Of a stretch of DNA of 64,000 nt, positions 1-12,689 are shown piece by piece. A program made the translations under genes and the position numbers. The DNA comes from Podarcis tiliguerta (taxonomy: Eukaryota): NCBI GenBank assembly GCA_965153285.1, contig OZ229116.1; one strand, written 5' to 3'. Position 1 is the first letter of the stretch. Each line of letters starts with the position of its first letter. Under the pieces are notes generated by a model. That model was given only the letters and a program-made list of their open reading frames with translations. It did no database searches and had not been told where the DNA came from.

Positions 1-39
1 AACAGCTCTGAATGTGTAATGTTGCATACTCATAGAGCT

Positions 40-142
40 CTTCCAGGACAAAGTGCCGCCTTTCAGAAATTTCCCCCAAACATCAATTCCACCTTTGAAA
101 TTCCAGTAATATCTGGGAGAATCCGGACATATGGCAGTCCTA
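40..142. mobile_element. Terminal fragment of a DNA transposon (hAT-like end)
   Basis: Ends in CCGGACATATGGCAGTCCTA, which resembles the reverse complement of TAGGGTTGCCATATGTCC-type hAT termini. The partner end is not in the window. Confidence 0.35.
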
Positions 143-340
143 GTAAATATGGTATATAGGTACCCACAGATATTTCCCATACCAGCTGAATGTGGGAAGG
201 CCTCTTGTGTTCCTTCCCTTTTGTGTTCCCTCCCTCCCACCAAACTAAACCATGGTTTAAAGGCTTAGCATTATGAAATCAAGGGTTGCTCTTGGCCCAT
301 GGCTCACGCTTTGTTTGGCGGAAATTACCCTTGATCTTAG

Positions 341-700
341 GGGACGTGGGTGGCGCTGTGGGTAAAAGCCTCAGTGCCTAGGACTTGCTGATCGAAAGGT
401 CAGTGGTTCGAATCCCCATGGCGGGGTGCGCTCCCGTTGCTCGGTCCCAGTGCCTGCCAACCTAGCAGTTCGAAAGCACCCCCGGGTGCAAGTAGATAAA
501 TAGGGACCGCTTACTGGCGGGAAGGTAAACGGCGTTTCCGTGTGCTGCGCTGGCTCACCAGATGCAGCTTTGTCACGCTGGCCACGTGACCCGGAAGTGT
601 CTCCGGACAGCGCTGGCCCCTGGCCTCTTAAGTGAGATGGGTGCACAACCCTAGAGTCGGACACGACTGGCCCGTACGGGCAGGGGTACCTTTACCTTAT
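341..700 (+). mobile_element. Sauria SINE (Squam1/POM-type), full length
   Basis: tRNA-like head with A box GGTGGCGCTGTGG and B box GGTTCGAATCC (405-415). The tail carries BovB-like AGAGTCGGACACGACT and an (ACCTTT)n end. There is a 12-bp TSD CCTTGATCTTAG at 329-340 and 701-712. Confidence 0.92.
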
Positions 701-2615
701 CCTTGATCTTAGCACTAAGTCAGGCTGCAGTGTGGCGGAAGAGTGAAGTGCCCACACTTTCAGTAGCTTACAGTGAGTAAGCTGCACATTCACATTTAGA
801 CCATAGTTTGTTATTGACTGAGGTTTAAAGTGACATGACAACTAGGCCTTTATTGTTAATTTAAGAATAAGCCGCTGCAAAACAACAGTGGCATTAACAC
901 CATCAAGACAAAAAGCAACCAGCAGTTCATCTGATATACCAGGAAGTATCCTTATATTTTGTTTTGTTTTTAATAGGGATAACCTTGCATTGACACCCCC
1001 TTCTGTTCTTTCCATATTTTTAACTTTAAATTATTTCAAGTTGGAGGCTTGTAGATGATAAGCTAATGAAGAACTGCTTGGTTTTCTCGATGCTACGGTT
1101 TATTTTTCAACTTGCTTTATGTGATTATATTTTCTGTGTTTGTTGCTTTGATGTTTTGCTATTCAGTTTCTTTGTTTTATATGTTGTAGTGTATTTGCTT
1201 ACTTTGTGGCCATTGTTTTTATCTTATGTTACAGCCTGCTTGGAAGGCCTTTGGAGGAAAATTAGCCTTTTTAAAAAATAAATAAATACCAGAGCTACCA
1301 TTCCCCGTTGTTGGCTGACACTTATGGGGAAAGGGGGCCTGGGTTCTTGAATATACAGCAATTGGAAGGGCTGAGAAGCATCTTCCACTGCTTGCCTCAT
1401 CTGAAATCTCCTCTCCCTGCTATTATTTCCTTTTAAATTAGGGCACTTCTTTCCCTACTTATTAGTCTTGCTATACAAAATAAAAAGGAGGAGAGGCTGG
1501 CTTTGGTACTTTTGATTCAACAAGGGGAATGATAGACTGAGGAGCAGGAGGAAGTAAGTACATATGGGTTGACCATTGCACTGTATGCTTGGCAGGATTG
1601 AATGTCTCTAGCCTTCTTTGCTGCTTTAGTCATGTTCAAAGAAGGATGTGGTGGATGCTGTCGGGGGTAACATATACATGGGCTCTGACACCAACATCCA
1701 CCCATTCAAGTGCACTATTTGCAAATGGCAATATCTGAAAGCATGGAAACCAGGGATGGGTGGAGCAGGTGTCCTGACAAGGCTCCCTCCATGTGTTCAT
1801 TTGTGCCTGCATGAATGATTGACTCAGGGTATCATTGGTAGAAGGTGTGGATAAGGATGTGCTTTTACTGTGTGAATGGAATGAGGGATGGGATACGAAG
1901 TGTTTGGATGCAATACTGAGCATTAGAAACAGCAGGGTTAGGTCGTTCCCAGCCTAATAAAGTTCATTGTTCATTAATAGTTCCACATTCATATTTTAAT
2001 CGAATCAAATAAGTAGCCTTCAGTTATGATGAATATTCTAGAGGGGGCACATCATATTTTTATTTGAAGCTCGCTTCTTGAACTTGCCTTATATGCACAC
2101 ACTCAACCCCTGCAGTTAGAAATGCCACTGAAAGGATCCAAATAGAAGGAGACAGTTTGGTAACAAACCTCCCAGGGTTCATGAATTTTATTATCATATG
2201 CATGAAATTTTTGAATACTTGACAACTTTTTTCTTTCAAAAGGGTGAATATTATAGGATCAGCATTAGTTGCTTGTCCTTGTGCCGTAGCATTCTGAAAT
2301 CTAGATAAAAAGCAAAGCACACAGTGGTTTGGAATATTTATTGTTCTAAGCCAAGCTGTTTTGTATGTAAAGTTGGGAGGTGTGGTTCTCTGAGGCAGAA
2401 GTATGGCAGGCACTGGGTTGCTGCTGATAATGGCAGCCCCAAGCCTAATTTTCTCCTCTTTACCTATAAAGCTTAATAGAAGTCCCCATGAGGCTTAATG
2501 TGTTCCCAATGAGCACTTTGCTTTCTCACATCCTTGCTTGCCACTGGCAGGAGTGTGGGAACTCAAGAGCATAGGGATGCAGTGGTACCAGTTTCCATCC
2601 AACATGTTTCCATTA

Positions 2616-2867
2616 CAGTCATACCTTGGGTTATAGATGCTTCAGGTTGTGTTTTTTTGGGTTGCGGACCGCCGAAACCCGTAAGTACCGGAACAGGTTA
2701 CTTCCGGGTTTCAGCGGTCACGCATGCGCATAAGCGCTAAATCGCTCTTTGCTCATGCACAGAAGTGCCGAATCGCAACCCGCGTGTGCGCAGATGCAGG
2801 TTGTGAACACTGCAAGTTGTGAACGTGCATCCCACACAGATCACGTTTGCAACCCGAGCACCCACTA
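2616..2867. mobile_element. Tc1/pogo(Tigger)-like MITE, diverged
   Basis: Ends TA|CAGTCATACCTTGGGTT ... AACCCGAGCACCCACTA|TA resemble the CAGTGGTACCTCGGGTT TIR of the element at 23173. The interior is CpG-rich. Confidence 0.65.
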
Positions 2868-5608
2868 TATAGGAAGGGTTTTGTCCATTTTGTTGCTGCT
2901 TACACGCCGTATCACGAATCATAATTCGTTTCGGGTTTTTCAGTAATGTTATTAATTACATAATATTTGCAGCTTTAGGGTGTGTGTGTGTCTGTGTGTG
3001 TGTGTTGAATACAGTGCCAACAATTGCCTTTTGTGTTTGCATAAAGCAAATCTGGTCCTGACACCGAGCAAATATACTACCAGTGGCAATATCTGTACCA
3101 GTTTCAGTTTCCATCGGAATTCCTGTACATCCCTCTCTGAGCATGACGACGATGCATCATATGATTAGTTTTCAGTAGATGTGAAGAGGGAAGGGAGGTC
3201 TATACATAGGGGTTCTGTTTTTGATGACAGCCTCATGCCTGTTGTTTAGTTCTTCACTATTTTGGGGAGGGGCAGTATGCATTAATGGGAAGTTCCAAGC
3301 AGTTGGAACATTGGTTTCTTTGGTCGGGGACTGCAGTTGGTGTGTACTGGCTGTGTCTGGTTGAATGCGTGCAGGAGAACTTGGAAAGCACTTTGGCTTG
3401 GGACTGATCTCGCATAATTTGATTTGCTGTACATCTGCTAGTACTTTTCTGCTTGCTTCTGTGCCCCAGGGATCAGTTTTCCTGGAGAAAAACCCATTAT
3501 CGCAGTGGTCATTTCACAGTTTTAAATATTTCTTTTTTACAGTAATATTGTCACGTTTTACATGAGCACCATCTAGCATTTCTTTGGTGTACAGATTTCA
3601 TATTGAACTGATGGGTACATTGGGACTGCATAAATTAAACACATTGTGATGGTGTTTAGGATATAGTAGACTTATTTTTAATTCAGTTTTAACATTTTTC
3701 TCAAAAGACTATTTTCCTGATCAGATTAGATCTATATTGTGTGGAAGGGGGATACACAAGTGTTACCAAGCTGAGGAGGGAAGGCAGGGATATCTCTGAC
3801 AACTCCCCCCCCCCCATAAATGTTGTTTTATAAAACAAGATATTCAGGGTGTTGTAATTTGTCTAAGCCATCAGAATTGCCAAACGTGGGTAATTACATA
3901 ATTTCACACTTTCCAGTAAAGTCAGACCCTGATTAAGCGGTTGACAGCCTGTGAGAGTGCATTCATTGACAGCTGATGTCTGTATTCCCTAAATTTGTAG
4001 TGATTGCAATCTGAGTGAAGAAGACATTGAGATTCAAGCCATTTACTCTGAATGAGACTCCTCTTTGACGAATGGGGAAAGTTCTGGGTTGTTTTTTCCA
4101 GACATGAAAATTTCAAATGCATAAATACTTTGCTGCTACTGTATCTTGCTTTCTGCTGATGCCAGGTCTTCTCAGTGTCTTCGGCTCTTGCTGTCTTTCA
4201 TTGCACCTGCTGTTCGTCATATTTATTTCATTCTTCTTTCCTGCGCTTTCTTCCCTCCATCTCCCTTTTACCCCCTTTAAACAGAACAATATGGTAATAG
4301 AAACCCTAATAGGAAGAAGGCACTGTTTAACTCGGCTGGAGTGCTACTAATCCAATTGCCAAACGCAACTACAGCACAGCATGCCTCTTAATTTCAAGTA
4401 AAATGGAAACTTCACTTTCTAAATTTACGGCACTGTACCACTTGTGTGAGTGAGCAGTACTATTCCATGATTCCCATTTATAGTGAATTACAGAATGGGT
4501 ATGGGTTTGATAATTATTTTGTCTATTAAACATTTATATGTCACTCTTTGAGCAAAATGAGGTTTCCAAAGTACGTTAAATTAAAACACTTAAAAGCAAC
4601 CAATAAAAGAATGCAATGAAAGGAGAGCAATCTCTTTTCAGTCCTAGGTGAACACCTTTTTTAATTTCCCCAGGTCTTTTTAGTTTTGGTTTTAGTGCTG
4701 TTTACAGCTAGTAGATTGTTCTTCTTTCGTTAAATTCTTTTACTGGCTGATTTTAATTGTTCTAATGGTAGCACATTTTGAGAACCACATTTTGATGTGT
4801 ATCATGTTTACCTGGGACTGAAATGATAACAACCCCTAGTTTCAGTGACAGTACCTCATCCAACAACACATGATTAAGTGGGGCTCTGGATGCAAATACT
4901 GTAAAGTGGCATCCAAATCACTATTAGACTTTGTATTCCCAGGACGTCCAAGATCAAGAAGACCCCTAACCATTTGGAAGAAGGTTCTTTGAACAGGTCT
5001 CCAAGGATGGTGGGAGAAAATGCTGCTGGTTTTCTGCCTCAGAGTTGGCTGGATAGACTTTTGCCTGTTTTGCATGGGATTCTCTTTGAGTTTTAAAGCC
5101 GCTTGGCTCTAGCTGTTGTTTTTGCAGCCCAGTTCCTTGGTGTAACAAGGAGCCAGACAGACTGTGCCTCTTAGAAAATGACACTTAGGAATGATAATGT
5201 CGAAGGCTTGTGACATATCTGTATCCCAACATATAGTCAAGGTTTCAACAGGAGTGCAACCATGCCAACATAACTTCTCCTATGGCTTTGAAGGATCATT
5301 GATCTCTAAAGGTGGACCATTCCAATATGTTGCCCATCCTGCTGCAGAAAGAAGCTATAACAGCAAGTGAAAACCTCAGAAAAAGAAATGTGATCATGAC
5401 AATCTCCCATGTCCTAATTGCTGTCCTCCTATCCCTACCAAAACACCAGCTATATCTTGTGGATCGGTTGCATATATTGGGACAGCTCCTTGGTTGTCAT
5501 GGAGACCATGAAGTCTTGAGCTCATCAAAAAAGTCATTCCCTGTGCCTAATAACTTATTGCCACTTGATAACTTTTATTCCTGTTTATATTTCATGAGAG
5601 CCTTCTTT

Positions 5609-5611
<3 letters not shown>

Positions 5612-5649
<38 letters not shown>
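5612..5649. repeat. (ATC)n microsatellite
   Basis: About 12 direct ATC units. Confidence 0.95.
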
Positions 5650-6460
5650 ATCAGGCTCACCTGGTGAATACCGTGCCTGGGAGGAGTGATCAGGTCAAAT
5701 AGAAAAACTTCCACATGATAATCTATTCACTAGGTAAAATTCTGTTACTCCCAAATATATTTCACAGGCCTTGCAGTATCTCAGATCTTGCAAACTCATG
5801 CAATAGCAAAGTCTGACTTGTTGAGTTCTGTTTATCTCTGTTTCGAGCTTATCTTTTGACAGGACAGTATCATACAGATTGTTTCTGTATCCAGAAAGTC
5901 ATGAACACCCCCTTTTTCTTTTAGCAATCTTGGTTTTAAAACTTCTCTAACATTTGCATTGATCATTTCACTTCAGTTGCCCAGTTATAAACATACAGTC
6001 TTTCTGCATTTAGCACTGCCATTTAAAATGTAATAGTGGGCTCTGCATTTTTACTCTACCATACCTGATAAAATCACCTGAGGATGCCCTACAGAGATAT
6101 TATCTGCCCCATACATAAAAGGACAAAAATATATTTCCATATTGCTTCAAGGAGAAATAGTGGGCCTCCTGGGAAGGGTGGCAGATCTGCCTGCTGCCGC
6201 CTTTGCACCCTCTTCCTTCTCCTCTTCCTCCCCCCCCCCCCGACCTTCCAATGCTGATAATCACTTTCTCCTTTCATTCTGAGATTGAACTTCACTATTT
6301 CCCTTCATTTTCAAGCTTATCTTACACCCTGCTTTCATTCTTCACTCCCTTTAATTCTGATGCTGATCTTCACTCCTTCTCCCCTCTCATCTCAACTGGC
6401 AGGAATGTGTGTGCAATTTTCTGGTTTGCTTCAGGTACCAAAATGCCTTGATCCGGTCTT

Positions 6461-6849
6461 GTTGTTGTTGTTTAGTCATTTAGTCGTGTCCGACTCTTCG
6501 TGACCCCATGGACCAGAGCACGCCAGGCACTCCTGTCTTCCACTGCCTCCCGCAGTTTGGTCAGACTCATGTTTGTAGCTTCGAGAACACTGTCCAACCA
6601 TCTCGTCCTCTGTCGTCCCCTTCTCCTTGTGCCCTCCATCTTTCCCAACATCAGGGTCTTTTCCAGGGAGTCTTCTCTTCTCATGAGGTGGCCAAAGTAT
6701 TGGAGCCTCAGCTTCAGGATCTGTCCTTCCAGTGAGCACTCAGGGCTGATTTCCTTCAGAATGGAGAGGTTTGATCTTCTTGCAGTCCATGGGACTCTCA
6801 AGAGTCTCCTCCAGCACCATAATTCAAAAGCATCAATTCTTCGGCGATC
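6461..6849 (-). mobile_element. BovB (RTE clade) LINE, 5'-truncated 3' end
   Basis: The minus-strand translation DAFELWCWRRLLRVPWTARRSN...YFGHLMRREDSLEKTLMLGKMEG...RWLD...WRALVHGVTKSRTRLND* is the BovB ORF C-terminus, followed by a (CAA)n tail. Probable 11-bp TSD GATCCG(G/A)TCTT at 6450-6460 and 6856-6866. Confidence 0.95.
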
Positions 6850-7271
6850 TTCGGCGATCCGATCTTACATGGACTATTACAGAAGTCTCTGTGCTTCTGT
6901 CAGAGAAATAATCTACAAAGGGAACAATATACTCCCAAACCAAGCCAGTTTGCAGGGTTGACCCTCTGTTAAGTTGTTCTGTCTTAAGGAGCAACCACTT
7001 AGTGCTGGCCCATGCATTCTTATAGCACCAATTTGCTGGCCTCTTTGGAATCTTAGAATCACTAGTGGTCCTTTTGCAGATACATCATCTGGGTTTCTTT
7101 TGCCTTTTAAAGTTGATATGCAATGGCTGAGTTTGTGGTGGTGATCTTATATTTTATCTTGTTCAAAAATTGATGAGAATTTCCAAATTCAGCACATGCT
7201 AGCAAAACTTTTTGAGTTTCAGTGTCTCTGTAAGACAGTAGTGTGACAGTCACAGGTACAGAAAGCTAGGT

Positions 7272-7375
7272 TGTTGTTGTTGTTTAGTCGTTCAGTCGTG
7301 TCCGACTCTTCGTGACCCCATGGACCAGAGCACGCCAGGCACTTCTGTCTTCCACTGCCACCCGCAGTTTGGTCA
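7272..7375 (-). mobile_element. BovB LINE, very short 3' fragment
   Basis: Nearly identical (4 differences) to 6471-6563, with a (CAA)n tail. Possible TSD TAGGT at 7267-7271 and 7376-7380. Confidence 0.9.
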
Positions 7376-8039
7376 TAGGTACCTATTCAGTATATGGCTC
7401 TAAGCTGTACACAATGGGGGGGGAGGGGAATGAATTTTGTTACCTATTTAAAAGGTACCTTTTGGAGACTCTAATTAACTTTGGACAATGTTGTTGCCAG
7501 AGTGGCTCTATCTATCTGTCTTTCTGTAATATACCCATATGATTTGCTGTCAGAGAGCATGGCTACCCCCGCTTGAGTGTGCTAGAGGGCTGCAGTTTGT
7601 CCTTTAACCTTACCTTCATGATGATGAATAAAAGGGCACACAGTAGCAGTATACAAAATTGACATTTTTTTATTTCTAACTTCACTTGTCGTCTTTCTTG
7701 TAATTTGATACGTTTGCACTGCTGTGTTTAATGATCCCTTTCCTGGCTATGATGAATTGAAATAGCTCATACCAAACTGACCTATTATTCTCCATTAGTT
7801 CTTCCTTACTGGTAAGTTAGATACACCCTGGCTTCTCTCAGTAGATGTTGCCTTCTGGATAATGGAGGTGTCCTGGGTGCAATTTAGCATGCATCTGTGG
7901 TTTTGTATCAAAATAACTGTGCAGCAACTCGATGTGGCACTGTTTGAAGTAGAATTCGCCCCCTTTTAAAAACCCTCTAAGTATATTTGTAACTTTCACT
8001 GCACTGTTCTTTGGAGCTTCTGGCATCTGTCTGTCTCGA

Positions 8040-8380
8040 GAGGGGGCGAAGTCAAACCACTGAAGGACCACAGTGCCTGCTGTGGATGCAGAGGCCTCGT
8101 AACTGCTGCCTCCTGTGTTGTTTTTGTGGCGCTAGCAGCACCAAAGTAACCTCTCCAGGGTGCAAGCCTGGGCAGTGTGTATGGAGGTCCTGAGCTGCCC
8201 AGATGACAAGACCCCCTTCTTGGCCTTGCTGATGTGGTTCCAGAGGAACGCAGAGCAATACATTTGGCACCAGCTTGGCTGCAGGAGTTGCTGGAAGGAG
8301 GCGTACAAGACGCCATCCAACCGTCTTAGGACTCCACTCCGGATTTGTGTAAGGTTTACTCCTTAGCCTTTCCTTCTTCC
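8040..8380. mobile_element. GC-rich interspersed repeat, probably an RTE-clade LINE 5' region or derivative
   Basis: Sharp GC shift relative to the flanks. The sequence (GCAAGCCTGGGCAGTGTGTATGGAGGTCC...GGACTCCACTCCGGATTTGTGT) is recalled as a common lacertid repeat. The family assignment is uncertain. Confidence 0.5.
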
Positions 8381-8912
8381 AAATGCCGTGGGATATCCTA
8401 GTGCCTGGTTGTTGAGAAACCTAAACACTGAATGAATTTAAGTAGCTAAGGACCTTTTTCGGGGGTGAAATGGGGTGGAGGAAGGGAAGGATACAGATAA
8501 ACAAATTCCAAGTGGATACCTTGATCTTCCCTAATGGAAACCTTTGTGTTCTCATTTATGTACACATCTGGTTTATTGAACCCTCTTTGGTCTTTGAGAG
8601 ACTGTGTTGAAATTCAGATTGAGAACACTCCAGCACCCAAGATTGATTTCTCTTTAGTTGCCTAGAGAAGTAGAGAGTTCCCAGTGTGGTGGACCTTGGA
8701 AAACCTATTGTTCCACCATGATGGCAGTCCGCTTGTGCCAGCACAACATTACTGTAGTAACATAGTTGGAATCCTGCACACACTGAGCAGGAAAGTTGAG
8801 AAGAAGCTTCAAAATACAGGGACTATGGCAACTATGCAAATTGCTACCAATGTCTATCGAAATGCTGCTAATTCACACCAACCCTGTAGCGGCATACTAC
8901 TCACGTTAGACA

Positions 8913-8957
8913 TTTATTTATTTTATTTTATTTTATTTTATTTTATTTTATTTTATT
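8913..8957. repeat. (TTTTA)n microsatellite
   Basis: Direct pentamer array. Confidence 0.9.
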
Positions 8958-11900
8958 ACTTACTACATTTAAATCCTACCGTTTTCACTCAACAGTGGGA
9001 ATGCCATGGCATCATCCTACCCTATCACAGACACAGTGCCCTCAGGCAGCAAAAGCACAGCAGTATCTTTTTCAGGAATCCCTGCATTCAGAGGCTGAAA
9101 TCCCCTAATACCACTCCAACACACAGACCCTCAAATGGCCAGCAGTGTGAGATCTAGTTTCTTACTCTGGTTCAGAAACTTCAGATATGAACAATTATTT
9201 ATTACTTGGTGCACTGTGTACTCTGTCGCTCTATTAGACGTATTTATACTGTACTATTAAGAACTGAGAGCATTGTATGGATGCTGATTATTGTCCTAAA
9301 TTCCCAATCTTAAATAGATCAGCACAGAAAAAAGTCATACTGAGTTCAGAACATGCTTTTCCGTAAGCACGCTTAGCATTTCAACCATAGCTTTTCTGTT
9401 TAGTAGCTTTTTCCTTCAGACTTTGTCCAGTAGTTATTTTTCCCATGACAAGATTGATAATTAAAAAAAGAAAAAAGAAAAAGGGAAAGTTATAGGACAA
9501 GTGTACCAACACTCGGTATGGAGTGGGAATTTTACAACTGAGTTATAAATCCCAGAAGCAGTATGGTTTATAACAGGAAAGTTAAAGGGAAAAATGGAGA
9601 GAGTGAAATAATACGTATGTAACCTTTCCCCCTCTCTTTAGTGAGTAGACCATTTAAACTAAATTAAGTAAAGGATGTAAATTCTGTTGTTTCAGTTTTT
9701 AATATTTCATGACTGATTTTATAGATAAAAATTACATTTAACAATAAATATGAAGAAGAATTAATATGGCCTGTTCTGGTTTGATATGGAACAGCAAATC
9801 CCATTTCTCCTCAGCTGTAAAGAAAATTCATTATTATGTCTTGGATTGTAAGAGATGGCTTCATTGTGATTAGTTACATTGATAATAAAACAACCTTTTT
9901 GAAAATGGCACAATATACATGGGTTCTCATGTGTCTGTGTTTAATGACACTGAATTTGTGCATTTGCTACACTTTTCACATATCTGTTGCCTCCTTCTTG
10001 TATCCGAGCCCATTTTAAGTCATGCAAGTTACTTTAAAAAAAGAATAAGAAATGGCAATCTTATATCAAGCAACTAAGGTATATATAGTTTTAGGAGAGG
10101 GCTTAATACTGCGGGCTTATCTTGAATGGCTCAAGGGCAGATGCAGTGCTGGTTTGGGACAAAGGATGGTTTGCAAATTGGGAATCAGCTTTGGGAACAT
10201 GTGCTTCACCACCATCCCTCTCTAGCATGAATTCCTCCTTCCTTGCCTTGTCGAACCGCATGCAGAAATATGAGATCTGGACATATCTGGCTGCAGAGCT
10301 ATTTCAGTCTTCCAAGCCTTGGCATGAGCGCTGGGGAAAAGGGAGAGAAACAGATACTCAACCATATTATATTATTTCGGCAAATGTGGAGTGATGTAAC
10401 CACGCTAACTGCATTTGTGTCTGGCACAAATGTGCAGCTTCTTAGCCAGAGCCCCTCCCTAGCGTTTATAAGTTGAGACTCAGCCCAGGAGCTCCTCAGA
10501 GCTCTCACCTGTAGAGCAAAACGTGCTCCTTCGGGTCTCCCGTGTTTTCTGAGAAATTTCAGGCAAGACCTGACCCTTGGCTGCTTCTGAAGAACTGGGC
10601 AGTGAAAGGCTAGATTGCAAATGCAAGAATGGGAATTACACCTAAACTGTGGTCATCATCATTTCCTTGGGGAGATAAAAGTGAAAACCATTTTGACGTG
10701 GAACTTGCAAACATAAATGCTTTGAGCACAGAAGTCTGCATTACTTAAGCATGTACAACAGATTGTTTTTGAATTGAATGTAAACATTAAATATGTTTCA
10801 CAACACATTGTGGGAGCAGAGCTTGCGTTTTTAAGGTAGCGTTTAAGTCAAAACCATTTCTCTTGCGATGTAGCAGTATTTTAGTCTTTGTCCCCTTGTG
10901 TAAAGTGGCCACAAGGTGTCATCAGAATGCTTTTCTTATGCTGACTTCTTATTTCATGCGGCTTCCCCCTCCTTTTTTTCTTCAAACTTTTACAGCTACG
11001 CTAATAGTAAATCTAATGTGAAATACTACCCTTTTTTTTCTTGAGGATATTGTGGCATTAAGCTTCCACTGAAATAACTTAAAAGATTATGGCCTAATAG
11101 CTCAGTGCCTTAGGTACCTCTGCACCGAAGCAGTTCATTGCACAGGAGATAAACTTCCTAGCACTTGCGTGAGCGGACAACTTCAGCCATGCTTGAACCC
11201 AACCACAGCCTTAGCTGCTGGAGCTGTCATCTCTCCTAAACCAAAAGTGCCCAGTATCTTTTCAAGGATGCCCTTGTGCTACGCAAGGGAAGTTAAGCTG
11301 CTCAGCTTGGTTAGTGCCAGGTTTGAGGGAGCCCCAGGCAAGCATTTCCCCCACTGGGAAATGGAGATAGCAGTGGCGGCAGCAGTTCCTTTGCCCATTG
11401 CTTTGCTCTCGTCCGCCTGCAGCCTGGCCTGCAGGAATGGGTGGATGCACTTGCAGCCCATTGTGTGGTACCCAGCACATGGCTTTAGCCACCTATGCTA
11501 GGCTGATTATCCCAGAACATCACTGAGCTGGTACATAGTACTGCATCAGGGCAAAACAGCAGCAATTTTTGCTCAGCGCTTCTCTTCAGCACACCCAGTC
11601 CCACCACCAAAAAAAGTTTTTTTATATATGTCAGCTCCGGTAGACCAACCAGAGCAACCTGGCTTTTGCCCCATCGTGCAAGGTAGCACAGAAGTCTGGA
11701 AAGGCTGTACTAGCTCCCTTGTGTGCTGGCCTACACTGATTATGGTGGCATATCTAACAGAAGAGGAATAATGATTACAGACATAGTACAGCATTGGTTC
11801 GGGGAATAACACTCCAATGCGGTTCACAGAGCACCCTTAGATCAAGTGCCCCCACAGCTCTTTTTGCAGCTAAAAGGATGTGCAGAGTTTTCTAAACTGA

Positions 11901-12689
11901 AGCCAGTGCTTAAAAGGGGAGGTCGGCAGTAGGAGACAGCAAGATGTGTGACTTGAAAACCACCAAGTAATTTATCTGAAAACAGATAAAAATGCAGGCA
12001 GCTGTGTTAGTCCATTAGAAATAACTGAAAGGGCAACAATAAGTGTAATACCTTTAGGACTTTTTAAAAATAAAAGTAGGAAGCAACTCTTTTTCGGATA
12101 GATCACTACTTGTTTACTACCTCTAAGTTCCTTAGCTGGCCATACATTTTACTGGTAGTTTAAGTATTTTAATAGTGCTGTTCTTTCCATATATCTTTAT
12201 GTACTAGCACGGTTGACTTCAATTTAGTTTTTGTTGTCTGCTCTGGAGAATTAGCCTTCCAGGAGGCAAATCCTAGAACTGGAAGAAGATAATGATCTTC
12301 TCGCATCTGTTTATGTGTTTGGTCTGAAGAGAAACAATGTGTGCCCCAATCACTGCAGAATCCTACTCAGTTGATTCTGTATCAAGTGCTCTGTCAAAAA
12401 CTAATCTAGTTTGTGAATATAAGAAGTACCTCAAGTTGTTGGTTTCCCCCCAAGCCTGACAGCAGAATTAAAGGAAAACATGGCAACCCCTTTGTCTTGC
12501 ATGACATTGTCCCTGGGAAAATGGTGGTGGTTTGGCAAACTGCTGCTTGGGCTGCCAGAAGTGGAGAACCCTGATTTTTTAATCAACTTGTGATAGAAGA
12601 ATTATTGGTTCTTCCTGGCATTTGTGCTGTGCATGTAGGTCAGGGTTTGGAATGGGTTAAATGGCTGTGTACCTCCTGTTGCTGTATAT

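Noticed and set aside
6472-6961. 109-aa and 153-aa ORFs as host genes
   Set aside because: They are the BovB ORF C-terminus and its antisense frame.
8684-9157. 157-aa ORF
   Set aside because: It runs through a (TTTTA)n microsatellite and has no domain or splice context.
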